From an uncultured Thermococci archaeon (lineage in GTDB: Archaea; CAYQAE01; CAYVLA01), in contig CAZJVP010000018.1 in assembly GCA_964549615.1 (NCBI GenBank), forward strand, positions 1 through 64,000: 64,000 nt of DNA, written 5' to 3'. Shown piece by piece: positions 50,650 through 61,412 of the stretch (position 1 is the stretch's first letter; each line of letters begins with the position of its first letter). Under the pieces are notes generated by a model. The model was not told where the DNA came from and did not search any database. It was given only the letters and a program-made list of their open reading frames with translations. The position numbers and the translations under genes were made by a program.

Positions 50650-51774
50650 CTACCTCTTCGACCTGCCAAACTCCTCCAACGTCCGCTGCAGCAGCTTTTC
50701 CAGACGGAGGACGTGGTTATCCCACGTGAGGTCCTTGACGCTCCGAACGGCATTAGCGGACATCTCCGCCCGCTTGGAGTCGTCAGATAGCTCCTTGATT
50801 CCCTGCGCTAGGGAATTCGCATCTCTGGTACGCAACACGCAGTTGTGGCCGTCAACCAGGATGGTGTCGTAGCCGAAATTGGGCGCCACGATGGGGAGCC
50901 CGCACGCAAGGGCCTCGTAGCAAATCATCGTCAGATCGCGCCTGTACTCGTTGCCTATGAAGAGGAAGATGTCGCTGCTCGCGAAAGCATCCTCCACGTT
51001 GCTTAGAAAGCCGCCCACATATGTGAGGTTTGGTGCGTCCAGGTCCTCGATGAACTTCCTTTGCGGGCCGTCGCCGGCCACAAGGAAGTGGACCTCGTTT
51101 CGGAGCCTCTTGACGATCTTGACGAGTATGTCGACTCCCTTCTGGTAGCTCAGCCTGCCTGCGAAAAAGACGACAGGTTTGTCGTCAGGCAGTCCAAAAT
51201 CCACCGATGGCTTCCTTTCAGGCTTGAAGCGGTCATGATCGATTCCGAAGGGTATCCTGTGGTATTTCGTCAGGCCCAACCGTTCGAGCTCTGCGGCCAC
51301 AGTCCTAGACTCAAGTAGCAGGCAATCGCACTTCATGTACATTCTCTTGGAGTAGAAATCCATGAGCGGCTTCCAGGGAGCAAAGAGCGACCGAAAAGCA
51401 GCCCCCATGCTCACCGATTCGAGGCAGTGAAGGAAGGCCACGATCGGCCTGCGGTTGTTCTTCGCCGCGAAAAGGGCGATCGAGCCGAGAGGAGCTATCG
51501 ACTGGAGGAAAACGATGTCGTAGTCTATGACCACCTTCTTGGCCTCGCCGTAGGCGGGGAAGGTGAAGTCGTAGCCATGAACTGCGATGTCGATGCTTTT
51601 CAACCTGTGGACATGGATGCCGTTGGGATCCCGGTCGGTCTGCCTCATGCCGAACATCGGGGCTAGCACGCCGACCTCATTTCCGCGAACCAGCCGCTTA
51701 GACGTTTCATCGATATACCTAACCACGCCATCGGTCTTTGGAAAGTAGGAATCCGTGGCGTAGAGGATTTTCAT
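50650..51774 (-). CDS. Glycosyltransferase family 4 (GT-B)
   Basis: MKILYATDSYFP..DGV, GIDHDRF, AGRLSYQKG, EALACGLP. Confidence 0.92.
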   Translation of the reverse strand: MKILYATDSYFPKTDGVVRYIDETSKRLVRGNEVGVLAPMFGMRQTDRDPNGIHVHRLKSIDIAVHGYDFTFPAYGEAKKVVIDYDIVFLQSIAPLGSIALFAAKNNRRPIVAFLHCLESVSMGAAFRSLFAPWKPLMDFYSKRMYMKCDCLLLESRTVAAELERLGLTKYHRIPFGIDHDRFKPERKPSVDFGLPDDKPVVFFAGRLSYQKGVDILVKIVKRLRNEVHFLVAGDGPQRKFIEDLDAPNLTYVGGFLSNVEDAFASSDIFLFIGNEYRRDLTMICYEALACGLPIVAPNFGYDTILVDGHNCVLRTRDANSLAQGIKELSDDSKRAEMSANAVRSVKDLTWDNHVLRLEKLLQRTLEEFGRSKR

Positions 51775-51835
51775 TTGGCGCCCCCGGGCCTCGATAACAA
51801 AAAAATCTTATTACCGGGCGACACAGCCAAAAACC

Positions 51836-52459
51836 GTGTACCTAAAGCTCGACCCCAACAACTGGGCTACCGTAGCGAGGCGAGCCAGATCCATCATGGT
51901 CAGGGGGGGCCTAGTCGTGTATCCGACGGATACCGTCTACGGGCTTGGGGCTGATGCTTCGAATGAGCGGGCCGTTGACGCCGTCTACCTCGCCAAGGGC
52001 CGGCCGCCGGAGAAGGCGATCTCGATTGCCGTTGCAAGCATAGAAAAGATCAGACAGCTTGCGGAACTTGATGCCGGGCTCGAAAAGGCTCTCTCGATGA
52101 TGATGCCCGGCGCCTACACCGTTCTACTCCGGGCCAAGGGCAAGATGGCACACCTCTCAAGCCGCGGGAGGATCGGGATCAGAATCCCGAAGCACGACTT
52201 CGCCCTCATGCTCTGCCGCGATTTCCCGATCACGTGCACGAGCGCTAACCTCTCGGGTCAGCCCAGCCCAAGGTCGGCCTCCGAGGTGAACGTTGCCGCG
52301 GACCTCGTCATCGATGGCGGGCCCTGTCCGTTGGGCCTGGAGTCGACCGTGATCGATCTTTCATCCGATTGCCCGAGGGTTCTGAGGAAAGGGTCCGGCG
52401 ACCTGGGGGCCGTGAGGCGGGCCCTTCTTGATTCAGGCCTTCCCGATCTAGCGGAGTAG
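51836..52459 (+). CDS. L-threonylcarbamoyladenylate synthase (short TsaC/YrdC form)
   Basis: YPTDTVYGLG, KGRP..K, IGIRIP, TSANLSG, STVID. Confidence 0.92.
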   Translation: MYLKLDPNNWATVARRARSIMVRGGLVVYPTDTVYGLGADASNERAVDAVYLAKGRPPEKAISIAVASIEKIRQLAELDAGLEKALSMMMPGAYTVLLRAKGKMAHLSSRGRIGIRIPKHDFALMLCRDFPITCTSANLSGQPSPRSASEVNVAADLVIDGGPCPLGLESTVIDLSSDCPRVLRKGSGDLGAVRRALLDSGLPDLAE

Positions 52460-52503
52460 CGGCTTTCCCAACTGCGTGTCGCCCCAAGACCCGTGTGGTG
52501 CGA

Positions 52504-53031
52504 TTAGCTACGGCGCCCGCCTTCCAGTCTGCGAAACGCCTGCGCAAGGCCCGCAACGAGCGAATCCGCGCCTTCACGGACCATGGGCGATAATGGCTCC
52601 CCGAATCCGCAGCTCTGGATCTGCACGCCCAGGAGGAAGGTGTCGACACGGGCCCCCTTCTGCCTTGAGACGATCCTGCAGAAGAGCGAGAGGGGCAGCC
52701 TGTGCGTGGAAACGGCGTGCCCCCAGATGTCATCCTCCTCAGCTTGGACCAATGTACCCGGATTCAGCCCCGCCTGAGCGGCATCGACGAGGATGACGTG
52801 GGACGGATCGTGGGAAACCACCTCGGACAGGTAGTTCTCCGGAACCTCCCCGCAGGGAATCACCGCTACGAAGCTGGGCATTTCCAGCGCGAGGAGACGC
52901 TGGGCGACGTAGAGTCCAACGCCATCATCGCCGCGAAGCTCGTTTCCCACCCCGCAGACCACGACCCTGGTCGCATCGGCCAGCCTTCTGGACACCGCCG
53001 CGACTAGGCCTGTCCTTTCCAGGACTCGCAC
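52504..53031 (-). CDS. hycI: [NiFe]-hydrogenase maturation protease (HycI-like)
   Basis: GVGNELRGDDGVG, PEN, VDAA, STHRLPL. Confidence 0.88.
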   Translation of the reverse strand: MRVLERTGLVAAVSRRLADATRVVVCGVGNELRGDDGVGLYVAQRLLALEMPSFVAVIPCGEVPENYLSEVVSHDPSHVILVDAAQAGLNPGTLVQAEEDDIWGHAVSTHRLPLSLFCRIVSRQKGARVDTFLLGVQIQSCGFGEPLSPMVREGADSLVAGLAQAFRRLEGGRRS

Positions 53032-53178
53032 GAATCAAGTTCACCCAAGCTCGGAAAAATGTCTCCGGCTAGGAGTCTACCGGCTCTTTGAGTGTCTGGG
53101 GGTGGGCTCTGCGCTACCTGTCTCCCGTTGCCAGTTGGCACGAATCCTATAAGTACCTCAAGATACCTGACTGTCTCG

Positions 53179-54276
53179 ATGAAGGAGCAGGCACACAAGT
53201 GCCTGGGACTGGATCCTGGGAGTCTTTCGTGGAAGGCCGCCGTCCTCGACGACCATGGGCTCATCTGGACCGGCAAGGTTGCCACAGAAGACGTCTGTAG
53301 GGACCCGGACATCATGAAGTCCTTGGTATACGAGCATCGAGACGGCCTTCAAGCAATCGCTGCGCCATCAGGCTTCGGCTTGCCTCTGGTCCCCATCGAC
53401 AGGATCGGGAAGCGAGAACTGAGTTTGATGACGCTGAAGAGAGACGGGCCAGGCATCGTGGGTGTGGCGAGGGCGATAGAGGTACTGAAGGCCGTACAGC
53501 GAGACATTGGGGCCAAGTGCTTCGTCCTGCCCTCCGTCAAGCACCTCACGACCGTTCCCGTGCGGCGCAAGATAAACCGCGTTGACCTGGGCACCACGGA
53601 CAAGCTTTGTGCCGCTGCACATGCGCTCCAGAAACTAGTTGAAAAACAGTCCGCCTCCTATGAGGATATCTCCTTCGTGTTGGGGGAGATAGGCAGCTCC
53701 TTTGTTGGGATGGTGTGCGTGAAGAGGGGCAAGGTGGTTGATGGAATCGGGGGAACGAATGCAAGCTTCGGGGTGGGTGCATCAGGCGCGTTGGACGCCG
53801 AGCTGGCTCACATCTGGCATTTCCCCGACAAGGCTAGCCTGTACAGCGGCGGGTTGGCTGATGCGGCTGGCATGCCTCTCGGGCAGATCGAGGAGAGCCT
53901 GTCAGGCACCCTTCCCCCGCGGGCCAGGCACGCTTTTGCAAGGTTTGTCGAGTCCGTGACTTGCGACGCCTCTGCAATGGCATCTAGGAACGGCGTCGAG
54001 ACCTTTGTGCTTTCGAGCGTGCTAGGCCCCAAGATGAACGAGGCCATCGAAGACTCCTTGAAGCGGGTCGGGCTTAAAGTGGTCAAAGGAATCAACGATG
54101 AGATGTCGGCCAGCATCGGCGCGGCATTCCTGGTCAACGGCCTGATCGGCGGAAGATACCGACGCCTTTCGGAAACGCTGGCGATCGCAAAGGCTAGGGG
54201 CTCGATCATGGATCACATCTTCTATAGGGGGACGCCGGCTCTCCCGCACGTTGGGGAGACTTGTGCTCTTGATTGA
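53179..54276 (+). CDS. DUF1464-family ASKHA-fold protein (predicted kinase-like)
   Basis: GLDPGSLSW, APSGFGLP, RKINRVDLGTTDKL, VDGIGG; start at ATG53179. Confidence 0.8.
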   Translation: MKEQAHKCLGLDPGSLSWKAAVLDDHGLIWTGKVATEDVCRDPDIMKSLVYEHRDGLQAIAAPSGFGLPLVPIDRIGKRELSLMTLKRDGPGIVGVARAIEVLKAVQRDIGAKCFVLPSVKHLTTVPVRRKINRVDLGTTDKLCAAAHALQKLVEKQSASYEDISFVLGEIGSSFVGMVCVKRGKVVDGIGGTNASFGVGASGALDAELAHIWHFPDKASLYSGGLADAAGMPLGQIEESLSGTLPPRARHAFARFVESVTCDASAMASRNGVETFVLSSVLGPKMNEAIEDSLKRVGLKVVKGINDEMSASIGAAFLVNGLIGGRYRRLSETLAIAKARGSIMDHIFYRGTPALPHVGETCALD

Positions 54277-55405
54277 TCCGGACCGCGAGGAGCTTCGCAT
54301 AGAGGAGGATATGCGATGGGCAGGTGAAACCGATTCCCGCGTTAGCTCAGATGCCAAGGCCGCACTACGCAAGCTCCAGGATGCAAGGAAGGAGCTTGAA
54401 TCGGAGCTACAGAAGCTAAAGGACCGCAGGGACTACTTGGTTGGGGTCGTTGAAGGCAAGATCAAACCGGGCGTCATCGACCTTCCTGCGGATGAGGCGC
54501 AGAACATAGGGACGAAGATCAAGCTGAGGCTCAAGGGCGTCAGGGGGCTTGCGATCGAGAAGGCAAGGGATGAGCTTGGCTCGCTTGAGGACAAGATCCG
54601 ATCGGCCCAAGCCAAGATGTCTGAGATCGATGACAGCACTGCCGGTCTCAGGGACCGCCAATCGGAGGCGAAGGCGCGGCTCGCCGAGCTGACCGAAACC
54701 CTCAAGGCCCAGAGGGCCATCATCAGGCAGGTCTCAATGATCAACCAAAATATCTCAGCCATGGTCTCAACGTTCGGGTGGTTCAACCCTTACCTGCTCG
54801 GCCGCAAGTGTTTGGACGAGATGCTCATCACCAGGGGGAATCTGCTCAGGGCCAAGCGCTCAATCCAGAAAAGATCCGAAGAGATCAGCGAACTTGACCA
54901 CAAGATCACGCTGATCAAGGCACGGCTGAAGTCCGTCCTCGGTGAGGCCTACGATGGCTGCTTGATCCCGATCGTCTTCAAGGGCGGCTCAAGCCCGGAG
55001 GGAAAGAAGTTCCTGGACAACGACCTCACCGGGGAGGACATCAAATCGCTTAACCTCTCAAGCAAACTCTCCCACCCGAAGACAATCTCCGGAAGGGCGG
55101 ACAGGCTAAGGTCGATCCTGTGGGATCGCCGTTTTCTCATATCCGAGTCGCTGACGGAGATAGGCCATCTGGGCGAGCTGAAAGCGTATGCCAGGCGGCT
55201 TCTGCAGTCGGCGAGGTGCAAAGCACGGATCGCGCAGAGGGTCCTGGATTCAAAGCAGGAGACCTTTGCCCAGGTTTTGGACGTCGCCGAGGGCTGCCTC
55301 GCTCTGCGCGGCCTGGCGGCCGCCTACGATGAACAGTCGCGTGAGGCGGCCCGCAGGAGGGAACGGGCGGTGGTCGCGGTGGACAGGTTCCGAAGCGATT
55401 TATAA
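54251..55405 (+). CDS. Hypothetical coiled-coil protein
   Basis: 384-aa ORF with long heptad-rich stretches; overlaps the upstream gene. Confidence 0.7.
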   Translation: MGRLVLLIDPDREELRIEEDMRWAGETDSRVSSDAKAALRKLQDARKELESELQKLKDRRDYLVGVVEGKIKPGVIDLPADEAQNIGTKIKLRLKGVRGLAIEKARDELGSLEDKIRSAQAKMSEIDDSTAGLRDRQSEAKARLAELTETLKAQRAIIRQVSMINQNISAMVSTFGWFNPYLLGRKCLDEMLITRGNLLRAKRSIQKRSEEISELDHKITLIKARLKSVLGEAYDGCLIPIVFKGGSSPEGKKFLDNDLTGEDIKSLNLSSKLSHPKTISGRADRLRSILWDRRFLISESLTEIGHLGELKAYARRLLQSARCKARIAQRVLDSKQETFAQVLDVAEGCLALRGLAAAYDEQSREAARRRERAVVAVDRFRSDL

Positions 55406-55428
55406 AACATCTAGGGCGCTGTGGGTGA

Positions 55429-56175
55429 GTGCGGCCCGACGACAAGGCGTGGGCAATCGGCATAACGGTCGCGGTGGCGGCCTTCTTCGCGATGATCATA
55501 ATGGCTGGGAGGGTCTATCTCACGGACCTGGATCGCGCTTTCATGATTTCGAGTGAAACCGATGTCGTCGAGGCCAGACTCACCCTCTGGATGTTGAGGA
55601 ACGATTCAAGGAGCACCCCCATCCGGGTCAACCCGCCCGCCCAAGGGGATGCCACCCTCGGAGGGAAGAAAGTGTACATTCAGAGGGAGTTCATGGCGCT
55701 GAGCAGCCAGGCAACCTTGCAGATCAGGAGTGCGAGGCCGATCCTGGTCGACTCGGAGTCGCCCCCGTCAGGCACGCAGTTGGAAGTTGAGGTTCTCCAC
55801 TTCAAGGCGCCTGGCCACCGGCCCGTTATCGTTGTGGAGCCGGATCCAAATCTGACAAGATCCACCGAGCTATACATGGACGAGATCAATCCCACAAGGG
55901 TCAGCTACGATACCTTCGACCTTCAGCTTCATTGGCGCAAAGGGTTTGCAGGGCGTGGGTACCACGCGAACTTCCGGAAGGCTTTCTTCACGTTCTCCGG
56001 CGAAGATGACCTTTGGAGAATTGAGGCGCACGACAGCATATCCGGCAGGACGGAATCCTTCAATGCAATGGCCCTGTTCAAGGTCAGGGCCAGGCTCATC
56101 CTGACCTGGGACGACGGGACGCGTGCGAGCACGGATTGGATGGAGACGCAGTTCTTTGCCGTCGACTTGGCCTGA
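55429..56175 (+). CDS. Hypothetical single-pass membrane protein
   Basis: N-terminal TM then beta-rich soluble domain. Confidence 0.65.
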   Translation: MRPDDKAWAIGITVAVAAFFAMIIMAGRVYLTDLDRAFMISSETDVVEARLTLWMLRNDSRSTPIRVNPPAQGDATLGGKKVYIQREFMALSSQATLQIRSARPILVDSESPPSGTQLEVEVLHFKAPGHRPVIVVEPDPNLTRSTELYMDEINPTRVSYDTFDLQLHWRKGFAGRGYHANFRKAFFTFSGEDDLWRIEAHDSISGRTESFNAMALFKVRARLILTWDDGTRASTDWMETQFFAVDLA

Positions 56176-56208
56176 TCGTCGGTACGCCAGGCTCTTCCTC
56201 CTTCGAGT

Positions 56209-57003
56209 TCAGACGACCATCGCCAGATAGGTGGCCATTGACCCTGCGAAGACGAAGGGGATCGCTGGAACCATTCCCTTCTTGTCCGAGACGACGATGG
56301 CAAACCCAAGGCCGAACGCGCCTCCTAGGGCAACCCAAAGGGCACCCATGGCCGAATATGTCAGGGCGCAGGACGCAACGAACATGGAGGGCACGGCGAG
56401 ATCCGATATGCCGACGGCCGACTCCATCCCGGGCATCTCGATGAGAAATGTGGAGCGGCTCCCGCGCACGCTTTCCGCGACGAGGCTCATGTGCTTGCTG
56501 AAGCGGACCGCGATCACATCGTAGACCGAAAGGTAGCCCATCAGTGCTATGACGGGAACGATGCTCAGGTTCATGCCCATTATCGCGCCAACGGTTGCGG
56601 CGGTCAGGATCGACAAGCCCGTGGCCAGGAGCCAGTGTGCGTAAAGCCTCTTCAAGCCGGCGACCCCGGCAGCGACGGCCAGCCAGGCAAACGTGCCCTG
56701 TGGGTAAACGGACTGCAGCAACAGGAAGAGGCTGACGAAGACTATGGCGCTCTCCAGGTTCCTGAAGAGCGTCTTGGCCAAGCCCAGCTTCATTGCGACG
56801 GCGATGAATCCGACGCAGGCCATGAGGAAGACGTAGATGTAGAGGGAGGATGCGATGGTATCACCCCCCTCCAGGTAGCGAATCCTCGGCTCCCTGCCCC
56901 CCGGTGAATCCGGGCTCGGGACCGTGACCAGGTCGACGATGGCGAGGGTTACGGCCTGCGTCGCGCAGAAGACTGCGAGCAGTCCCAGGATCGTCTTTTT
57001 CAC
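56209..57003 (-). CDS. Presenilin/signal peptide peptidase-like (A22) intramembrane aspartyl protease
   Basis: About nine TMs; SVYDVIAV..SKHM (YD motif), GISDL (GxGD position), PAIP (PAL motif). Confidence 0.82.
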   Translation of the reverse strand: MKKTILGLLAVFCATQAVTLAIVDLVTVPSPDSPGGREPRIRYLEGGDTIASSLYIYVFLMACVGFIAVAMKLGLAKTLFRNLESAIVFVSLFLLLQSVYPQGTFAWLAVAAGVAGLKRLYAHWLLATGLSILTAATVGAIMGMNLSIVPVIALMGYLSVYDVIAVRFSKHMSLVAESVRGSRSTFLIEMPGMESAVGISDLAVPSMFVASCALTYSAMGALWVALGGAFGLGFAIVVSDKKGMVPAIPFVFAGSMATYLAMVV

Positions 57004-57102
57004 GTGCCTCTCTTCCCCCAGGCGCAGATAATTGCTTCCGGCCGGATGGTCCCCAGCGCACTGCGCCTCAGCACCTGCCGGCTGGCGCTTGCTCGGCGTT
57101 CA

Positions 57103-57116
57103 GAAGAAATATATAA
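57103..57116 (+). promoter_or_regulatory. BRE/TATA promoter of the site-2 protease gene (probably leaderless)
   Basis: GAAGAA-ATATATAA ending 24 nt before ATG57140; no RBS. Confidence 0.6.
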
Positions 57117-57139
57117 GGTGAACTAGGGCGGGCAGCCCG

Positions 57140-58708
57140 ATGGAAGCTGCCACGCCGAAAGCCCGCCTCAAGTGCGTTCAATGCGGGTATGAGGCGGAGG
57201 TGACGGCGCGCAAGGACCTGAGCGTAGGCAAGATGATCCCCGGGCTTTGCCCCGATTGCCAGGGGAACATGATAGTGACGAAGGATCTGACCGCGATCCA
57301 GCACGTGATCCCGACGGACAAGGTGCTGGAGATCGTCAGGGGGCATTTCCCGGTTCATCGCATCGAGGAAGGTTACAACTACCTCCGCCTCGAGGTGGGG
57401 GAGCCCTACAGCAAGGCATCTTTTTCTCAGACCCTTGGGCAGCTCGAATCGACCGGATCGCTCGCCATCGTGAGGAAGTTCGGCGAAAGGAACATCATGA
57501 CGGTTTTCCCGAGGGTGCCGGAAGCCAACGTCCGGGTGCGTAACAACCTCATCCTGCTGGGGTTGACCATCCTTTCGACCTTCTCTGCCGGGCTTTTCCT
57601 CACGGGCTTCCTTTCCGGGGCCGCCATGTTCGAGGTCGCGAAATGGGATGCCATCCTGTACTCGATCGGCATCATGTCCATTCTCGGCCTCCACGAGATG
57701 GGGCACAAGCTAGGGTCGATGAAGTACAAGGTGGAGGCAACCTATCCGTACTTCATCCCCGTTCCATGGCCCTTCATCCTCGGCACGATGGGAGCGATCA
57801 TCAAGATGAAGGGGTCGCTGCCGGACCGCAATGCGATGCTTAGGATAGGCGCGGCAGGCCCGATCTGCGGCTTCGTGGTTGCAATTCCTGTGACCATGGT
57901 CGGCCTTGCCCTGTCAACGCCCGAGGTGCCCGCAGTCCGGGGCGGACCGAGTATACTGATCGGTGCCTCCCCCCTCTTCAGGCTTCTGCGCAATATCGTT
58001 GTTCCGAATAGCTACGGGCTTTCCCTGCACCCGCTCGCAGTTGCCGGATGGGCGGGAATGCTGGTCACGATGTTGAACCTCTTGCCGGCAGGAATGCTCG
58101 ACGGCGGGCATGTGACGAGAGCGGTTTTCGGAATGAGGATTCACCGCCTTCTCGGATACCTGACGGGCTTCTTGCTTCTGGGGTTATTCCTGATTCAGCA
58201 GCTGAGCGGCGTTTCGTTCGCGGGCTGGTTACTGTGGGGGATCTTGGCCCTCTTCTTCTCGAGGGTTGGGCACCCCGGTTCACTCGACGAGTCCTCGGCA
58301 TTGAGCAAGACGAGCTTGGCGATCGGCGCGGCGGTCGTGGCGATCTTCGTTCTCGCCGCGGTGCCTCTTCCGATAAGGCTGGTTGACCAGCCCAAGGTCT
58401 ACGTATCGGCGTTCACCGCATCGCCGATCTCGGTATCGCAGGGCAGTTACATGGTGCATGCTAGGCTGAACAACCTCGCCAGCCTGAACCGGGTTCAGGG
58501 GATCGACGCCCGGATCATACTGCCCGAGGGGGCGTCCCTCATCTCCGGGTCCAACCCGGTTGTGAGCTTGCCTGAGATTTCAGACAGAGCGGACGTGTAC
58601 TGGAACATAACCCTGACGAGCTCCAGGCTGGTGAACGGAGTTTACTGCCTGGTGACTTCCGAGAATGGTGGCTCCGATGAGGCGCGCCTGAGGCTCGCAT
58701 CCCACTAG
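57140..58708 (+). CDS. Site-2 protease (M50) with N-terminal CxxC/CxxC ribbon and C-terminal Ig/CARDB-like domain
   Basis: [31 protein letters not shown]. Confidence 0.9.
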   Translation: MEAATPKARLKCVQCGYEAEVTARKDLSVGKMIPGLCPDCQGNMIVTKDLTAIQHVIPTDKVLEIVRGHFPVHRIEEGYNYLRLEVGEPYSKASFSQTLGQLESTGSLAIVRKFGERNIMTVFPRVPEANVRVRNNLILLGLTILSTFSAGLFLTGFLSGAAMFEVAKWDAILYSIGIMSILGLHEMGHKLGSMKYKVEATYPYFIPVPWPFILGTMGAIIKMKGSLPDRNAMLRIGAAGPICGFVVAIPVTMVGLALSTPEVPAVRGGPSILIGASPLFRLLRNIVVPNSYGLSLHPLAVAGWAGMLVTMLNLLPAGMLDGGHVTRAVFGMRIHRLLGYLTGFLLLGLFLIQQLSGVSFAGWLLWGILALFFSRVGHPGSLDESSALSKTSLAIGAAVVAIFVLAAVPLPIRLVDQPKVYVSAFTASPISVSQGSYMVHARLNNLASLNRVQGIDARIILPEGASLISGSNPVVSLPEISDRADVYWNITLTSSRLVNGVYCLVTSENGGSDEARLRLASH

Positions 58709-59694
58709 TCTATGTCGAGGTTCAGGTACTCAGCGATCTCCTTGTACCTGTTTCGCACCGTGACCTCCGTGACCCCGGTGATGTCGGATATCTCCTTCTG
58801 TGTGCGCTTGACATCCTCGAGCACGCAGGCGATGTATATGGCGGCCGCCGCGATTCCCGTCGGACCCTTTCCGGACCCAAGGCCCTCGTTGATGACCTGT
58901 CTTAGGATCTCGATCGCTCTCGTCTCGACGGTTCCCGGCAGGCCGAGCTCGCTCGTGAAGCGCGGTACGTAGTCTATCGCGTTGATGGGAGGCAGATGTA
59001 TCGTCAGCCCCCTGGCGATGACGCGATAGCTCTTTCCGATCTCCTTCTTGTTGTGTTTGGTAACCTCTGCTAGTTCCTCCAGGGTCCTGGGTATCCCGAA
59101 CTGTCGGCAGGATATGTAGATCGCTGAGGCGGTCGAAGACTCTATCGACCTCCCCCTTATCAGATCCTTCTCTACCGTCTTCCTGTAGATCATCGCCGCG
59201 GCCTCGCGGACATTCTTCGGAAGCTGCAACTGGGCCGCAACGCGATCGAGCTCCGAAAGGGCGTATGAGAGGTTCCTCTCAACCGAATTGGAGACCCTCG
59301 CCCGCTTGTTCCATTTCCTGAGTCGGTACATCTGGGCCTTGGTCTCTGGCGACAGGCTCCTGCCGAAGATATCCCGGTCGCTGTCGTCAATCATCGTGGA
59401 CAGGCCCTTGTCATGTATGGTGTAGGTCATTGGAGCCCCGGTCCTCTCTCGGGACATCGTCTGGTCGGTATCGAAGGCTCTCCATTCTGGGCCGGAGTCG
59501 ATTATCTTGTCCTCGATCACGAGGCCGCAGTCGCAACAAATGATCTCGGCGCGCTTGTAGTCCCTGACTTGGCGAAACGACCCGCACTCAGGGCACTGTA
59601 TCTTTCGAGGTTCGGTGACGGACGGTTCTTCGTCGATATCCCCCTTGACCAAGGGATTGTAGGTCGAATTCTCATCTGAGGTAAAGGAGGGCAT
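58705..59694 (-). CDS. tfb: Transcription initiation factor IIB (paralogue 1)
   Basis: [42 protein letters not shown]. Confidence 0.97.
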   Translation of the reverse strand: MPSFTSDENSTYNPLVKGDIDEEPSVTEPRKIQCPECGSFRQVRDYKRAEIICCDCGLVIEDKIIDSGPEWRAFDTDQTMSRERTGAPMTYTIHDKGLSTMIDDSDRDIFGRSLSPETKAQMYRLRKWNKRARVSNSVERNLSYALSELDRVAAQLQLPKNVREAAAMIYRKTVEKDLIRGRSIESSTASAIYISCRQFGIPRTLEELAEVTKHNKKEIGKSYRVIARGLTIHLPPINAIDYVPRFTSELGLPGTVETRAIEILRQVINEGLGSGKGPTGIAAAAIYIACVLEDVKRTQKEISDITGVTEVTVRNRYKEIAEYLNLDID

Positions 59695-59837
59695 TAAAGA
59701 AGATCAACCTCCTTGACTCGCTGAGGAAGGGGGGCCAAATCGGCTATGACCAGTATCAGGTGCATCGTAGTATAAAAACCTATGCATTCTATATGCAGCG
59801 AAAACGAAATTATATTCAGTTATATAGCAATCTTCGG

Positions 59838-60785
59838 TTACGGAACGCGTAGCCCGAGGTACTCGACCATCTCCTTATACCGGTTTCTGACCGTGACCTC
59901 GGTCACCCTCGCGACCTCTGCGACCTCCCGCTGGGTTCGCTGTTCGTGGCTCAGTTCTGCAGCTATGTATAGGGCCGCGGCGGCGACGCCCATTGGCCCT
60001 CGGCCCGACGTGAGGCCTTGACTTACCACCTTGCCTAGGATCTCGATCGCCTTTCCCTGCACCTCGCCGGACAGCTTTAGATCGCTGGCGAACCGGGGTA
60101 TGTAGTCAACGGGGGAAGTAGGCGCTAGTTTGATGCCGAGCTCTCTGGCAAGGAACCGGTAGCTCCGCCCTATTTCCTTCTTGTCGACTTTCGTGACCGC
60201 TGCGATTTCCTCCAATGTCCGGGGCACCGCGAACTGCCGGCATGCCACGTAGAGCGCCGATGCTGTGAGAGACTCTATGGATCTACCGCGGATCAGCCTC
60301 CGCTCTATGGTGCGCCGGTAGGTCACGGAGGCGGCTTCCCGCACGTTCCTTGGAAGCCTCAGCTGTGCGCCGATCCTGTCAATCTCGGAAAGCGCGAAAG
60401 AGAGGTTGCGTTCCGTCGAATCCGAGATCCGGGCCCGCATCTGCCATTTCCTGAGCCGGCTCATCTGCGCTCTGCTCTGAGGGGAGAGCGCCCTTCCGTA
60501 TATGTCCTTGTCCCGCCAGTCGATTACCGTCGAAAGGCCCATGTCGTGGATCGTGTAAGTCATTGGGGCACCGCCCCTCTGCCTCTTCTCGCGCTGTTCG
60601 GCGTCGAAGGCTCTCCATTCCGGGCCAAGGTCCAAGAGGTGGTCATCGACTACCAAGCCGCATGATGCGCATGTGACCTCCGCCCTCTCATAGTCCCTGA
60701 TCAGCCTCTTGCATCCGCACTCTGGGCAACTTGATTCCTCAACGATCTCCGGGCCATCGGATTTTAGGTCGCGGAAGTCCTCCAC
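59838..60785 (-). CDS. tfb: Transcription initiation factor IIB (paralogue 2, gar1-linked)
   Basis: [42 protein letters not shown]. Confidence 0.97.
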   Translation of the reverse strand: MEDFRDLKSDGPEIVEESSCPECGCKRLIRDYERAEVTCASCGLVVDDHLLDLGPEWRAFDAEQREKRQRGGAPMTYTIHDMGLSTVIDWRDKDIYGRALSPQSRAQMSRLRKWQMRARISDSTERNLSFALSEIDRIGAQLRLPRNVREAASVTYRRTIERRLIRGRSIESLTASALYVACRQFAVPRTLEEIAAVTKVDKKEIGRSYRFLARELGIKLAPTSPVDYIPRFASDLKLSGEVQGKAIEILGKVVSQGLTSGRGPMGVAAAALYIAAELSHEQRTQREVAEVARVTEVTVRNRYKEMVEYLGLRVP

Positions 60786-61030
60786 CTGCCCAGCCTCCGA
60801 TCCTTGCCGGTGAGGTAATAGACCTGCTGACCAGGCGAAGCCTTGGCGGACGTACCTTGGATGCTCACCGAGACGAACGGAGTTTGCGCAGGCCCGAAGA
60901 CGTCAACGACTTGACCCAGTTGGACTAGATTGGCATCTACCACAGTAGCTCTGAGAGGCGGCACTGCCTCGCCCCTGACTAAGAGGCGCCCGGACCGAGT
61001 CCTTCCCACAATCTTGCCGAGAGCTTTCAA
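60764..61030 (-). CDS. gar1: H/ACA RNP subunit Gar1/Naf1
   Basis: LKALGKIV...[18 protein letters not shown]; conserved archaeal gar1-tfb linkage; TTG61030 start. Confidence 0.88.
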   Translation of the reverse strand: MKALGKIVGRTRSGRLLVRGEAVPPLRATVVDANLVQLGQVVDVFGPAQTPFVSVSIQGTSAKASPGQQVYYLTGKDRRLGRWRTSAT

Positions 61031-61398
61031 CCAAAGCCCACCCAAGGCAACTGGCGACAGATGTACCGGTGCCCGACCCCTGCCCTAGTTTCCCTTTCCC
61101 CGGCGGCAATCGGGACATTCCCCGAAATAAAAAGTTTACCGTGTCTGTCCGTGTCCGTGTCCTCCCTTGGCGTGATTCGAGGTCCCAGATTGTGCTGGGA
61201 ATAACCTGTATGGCACTCCACCATGAATCGGATGTGCAACCCGACAAGCGTGACGCCAGGTTAGAAACATGGGCCGGAAAACGATCAACCGTGCGGTCGA
61301 GATGGGGGATGAAGCATTTCAAGGACGAGGCCCTTGACCGTCTCTTGACCGAAGAAGAAGCGAAACAAATTTCGGTTAGGCCCGGCCCGGGGCTCGAC

Positions 61399-61412
61399 GA
61401 AAACAGTATATA
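61399..61412 (+). promoter_or_regulatory. BRE/TATA promoter of serA
   Basis: GAAAACAG-TATATA about 30 nt before ATG61441; AAGGA RBS follows. Confidence 0.55.

Noticed and set aside
61031-61400. RNase P RNA or SRP RNA upstream of gar1-tfb
   Set aside because: Some archaea have rnpB here, but I found no GAGGAAAGUCC-type or SRP helix 8 signature on either strand. A covariance-model search would settle it.
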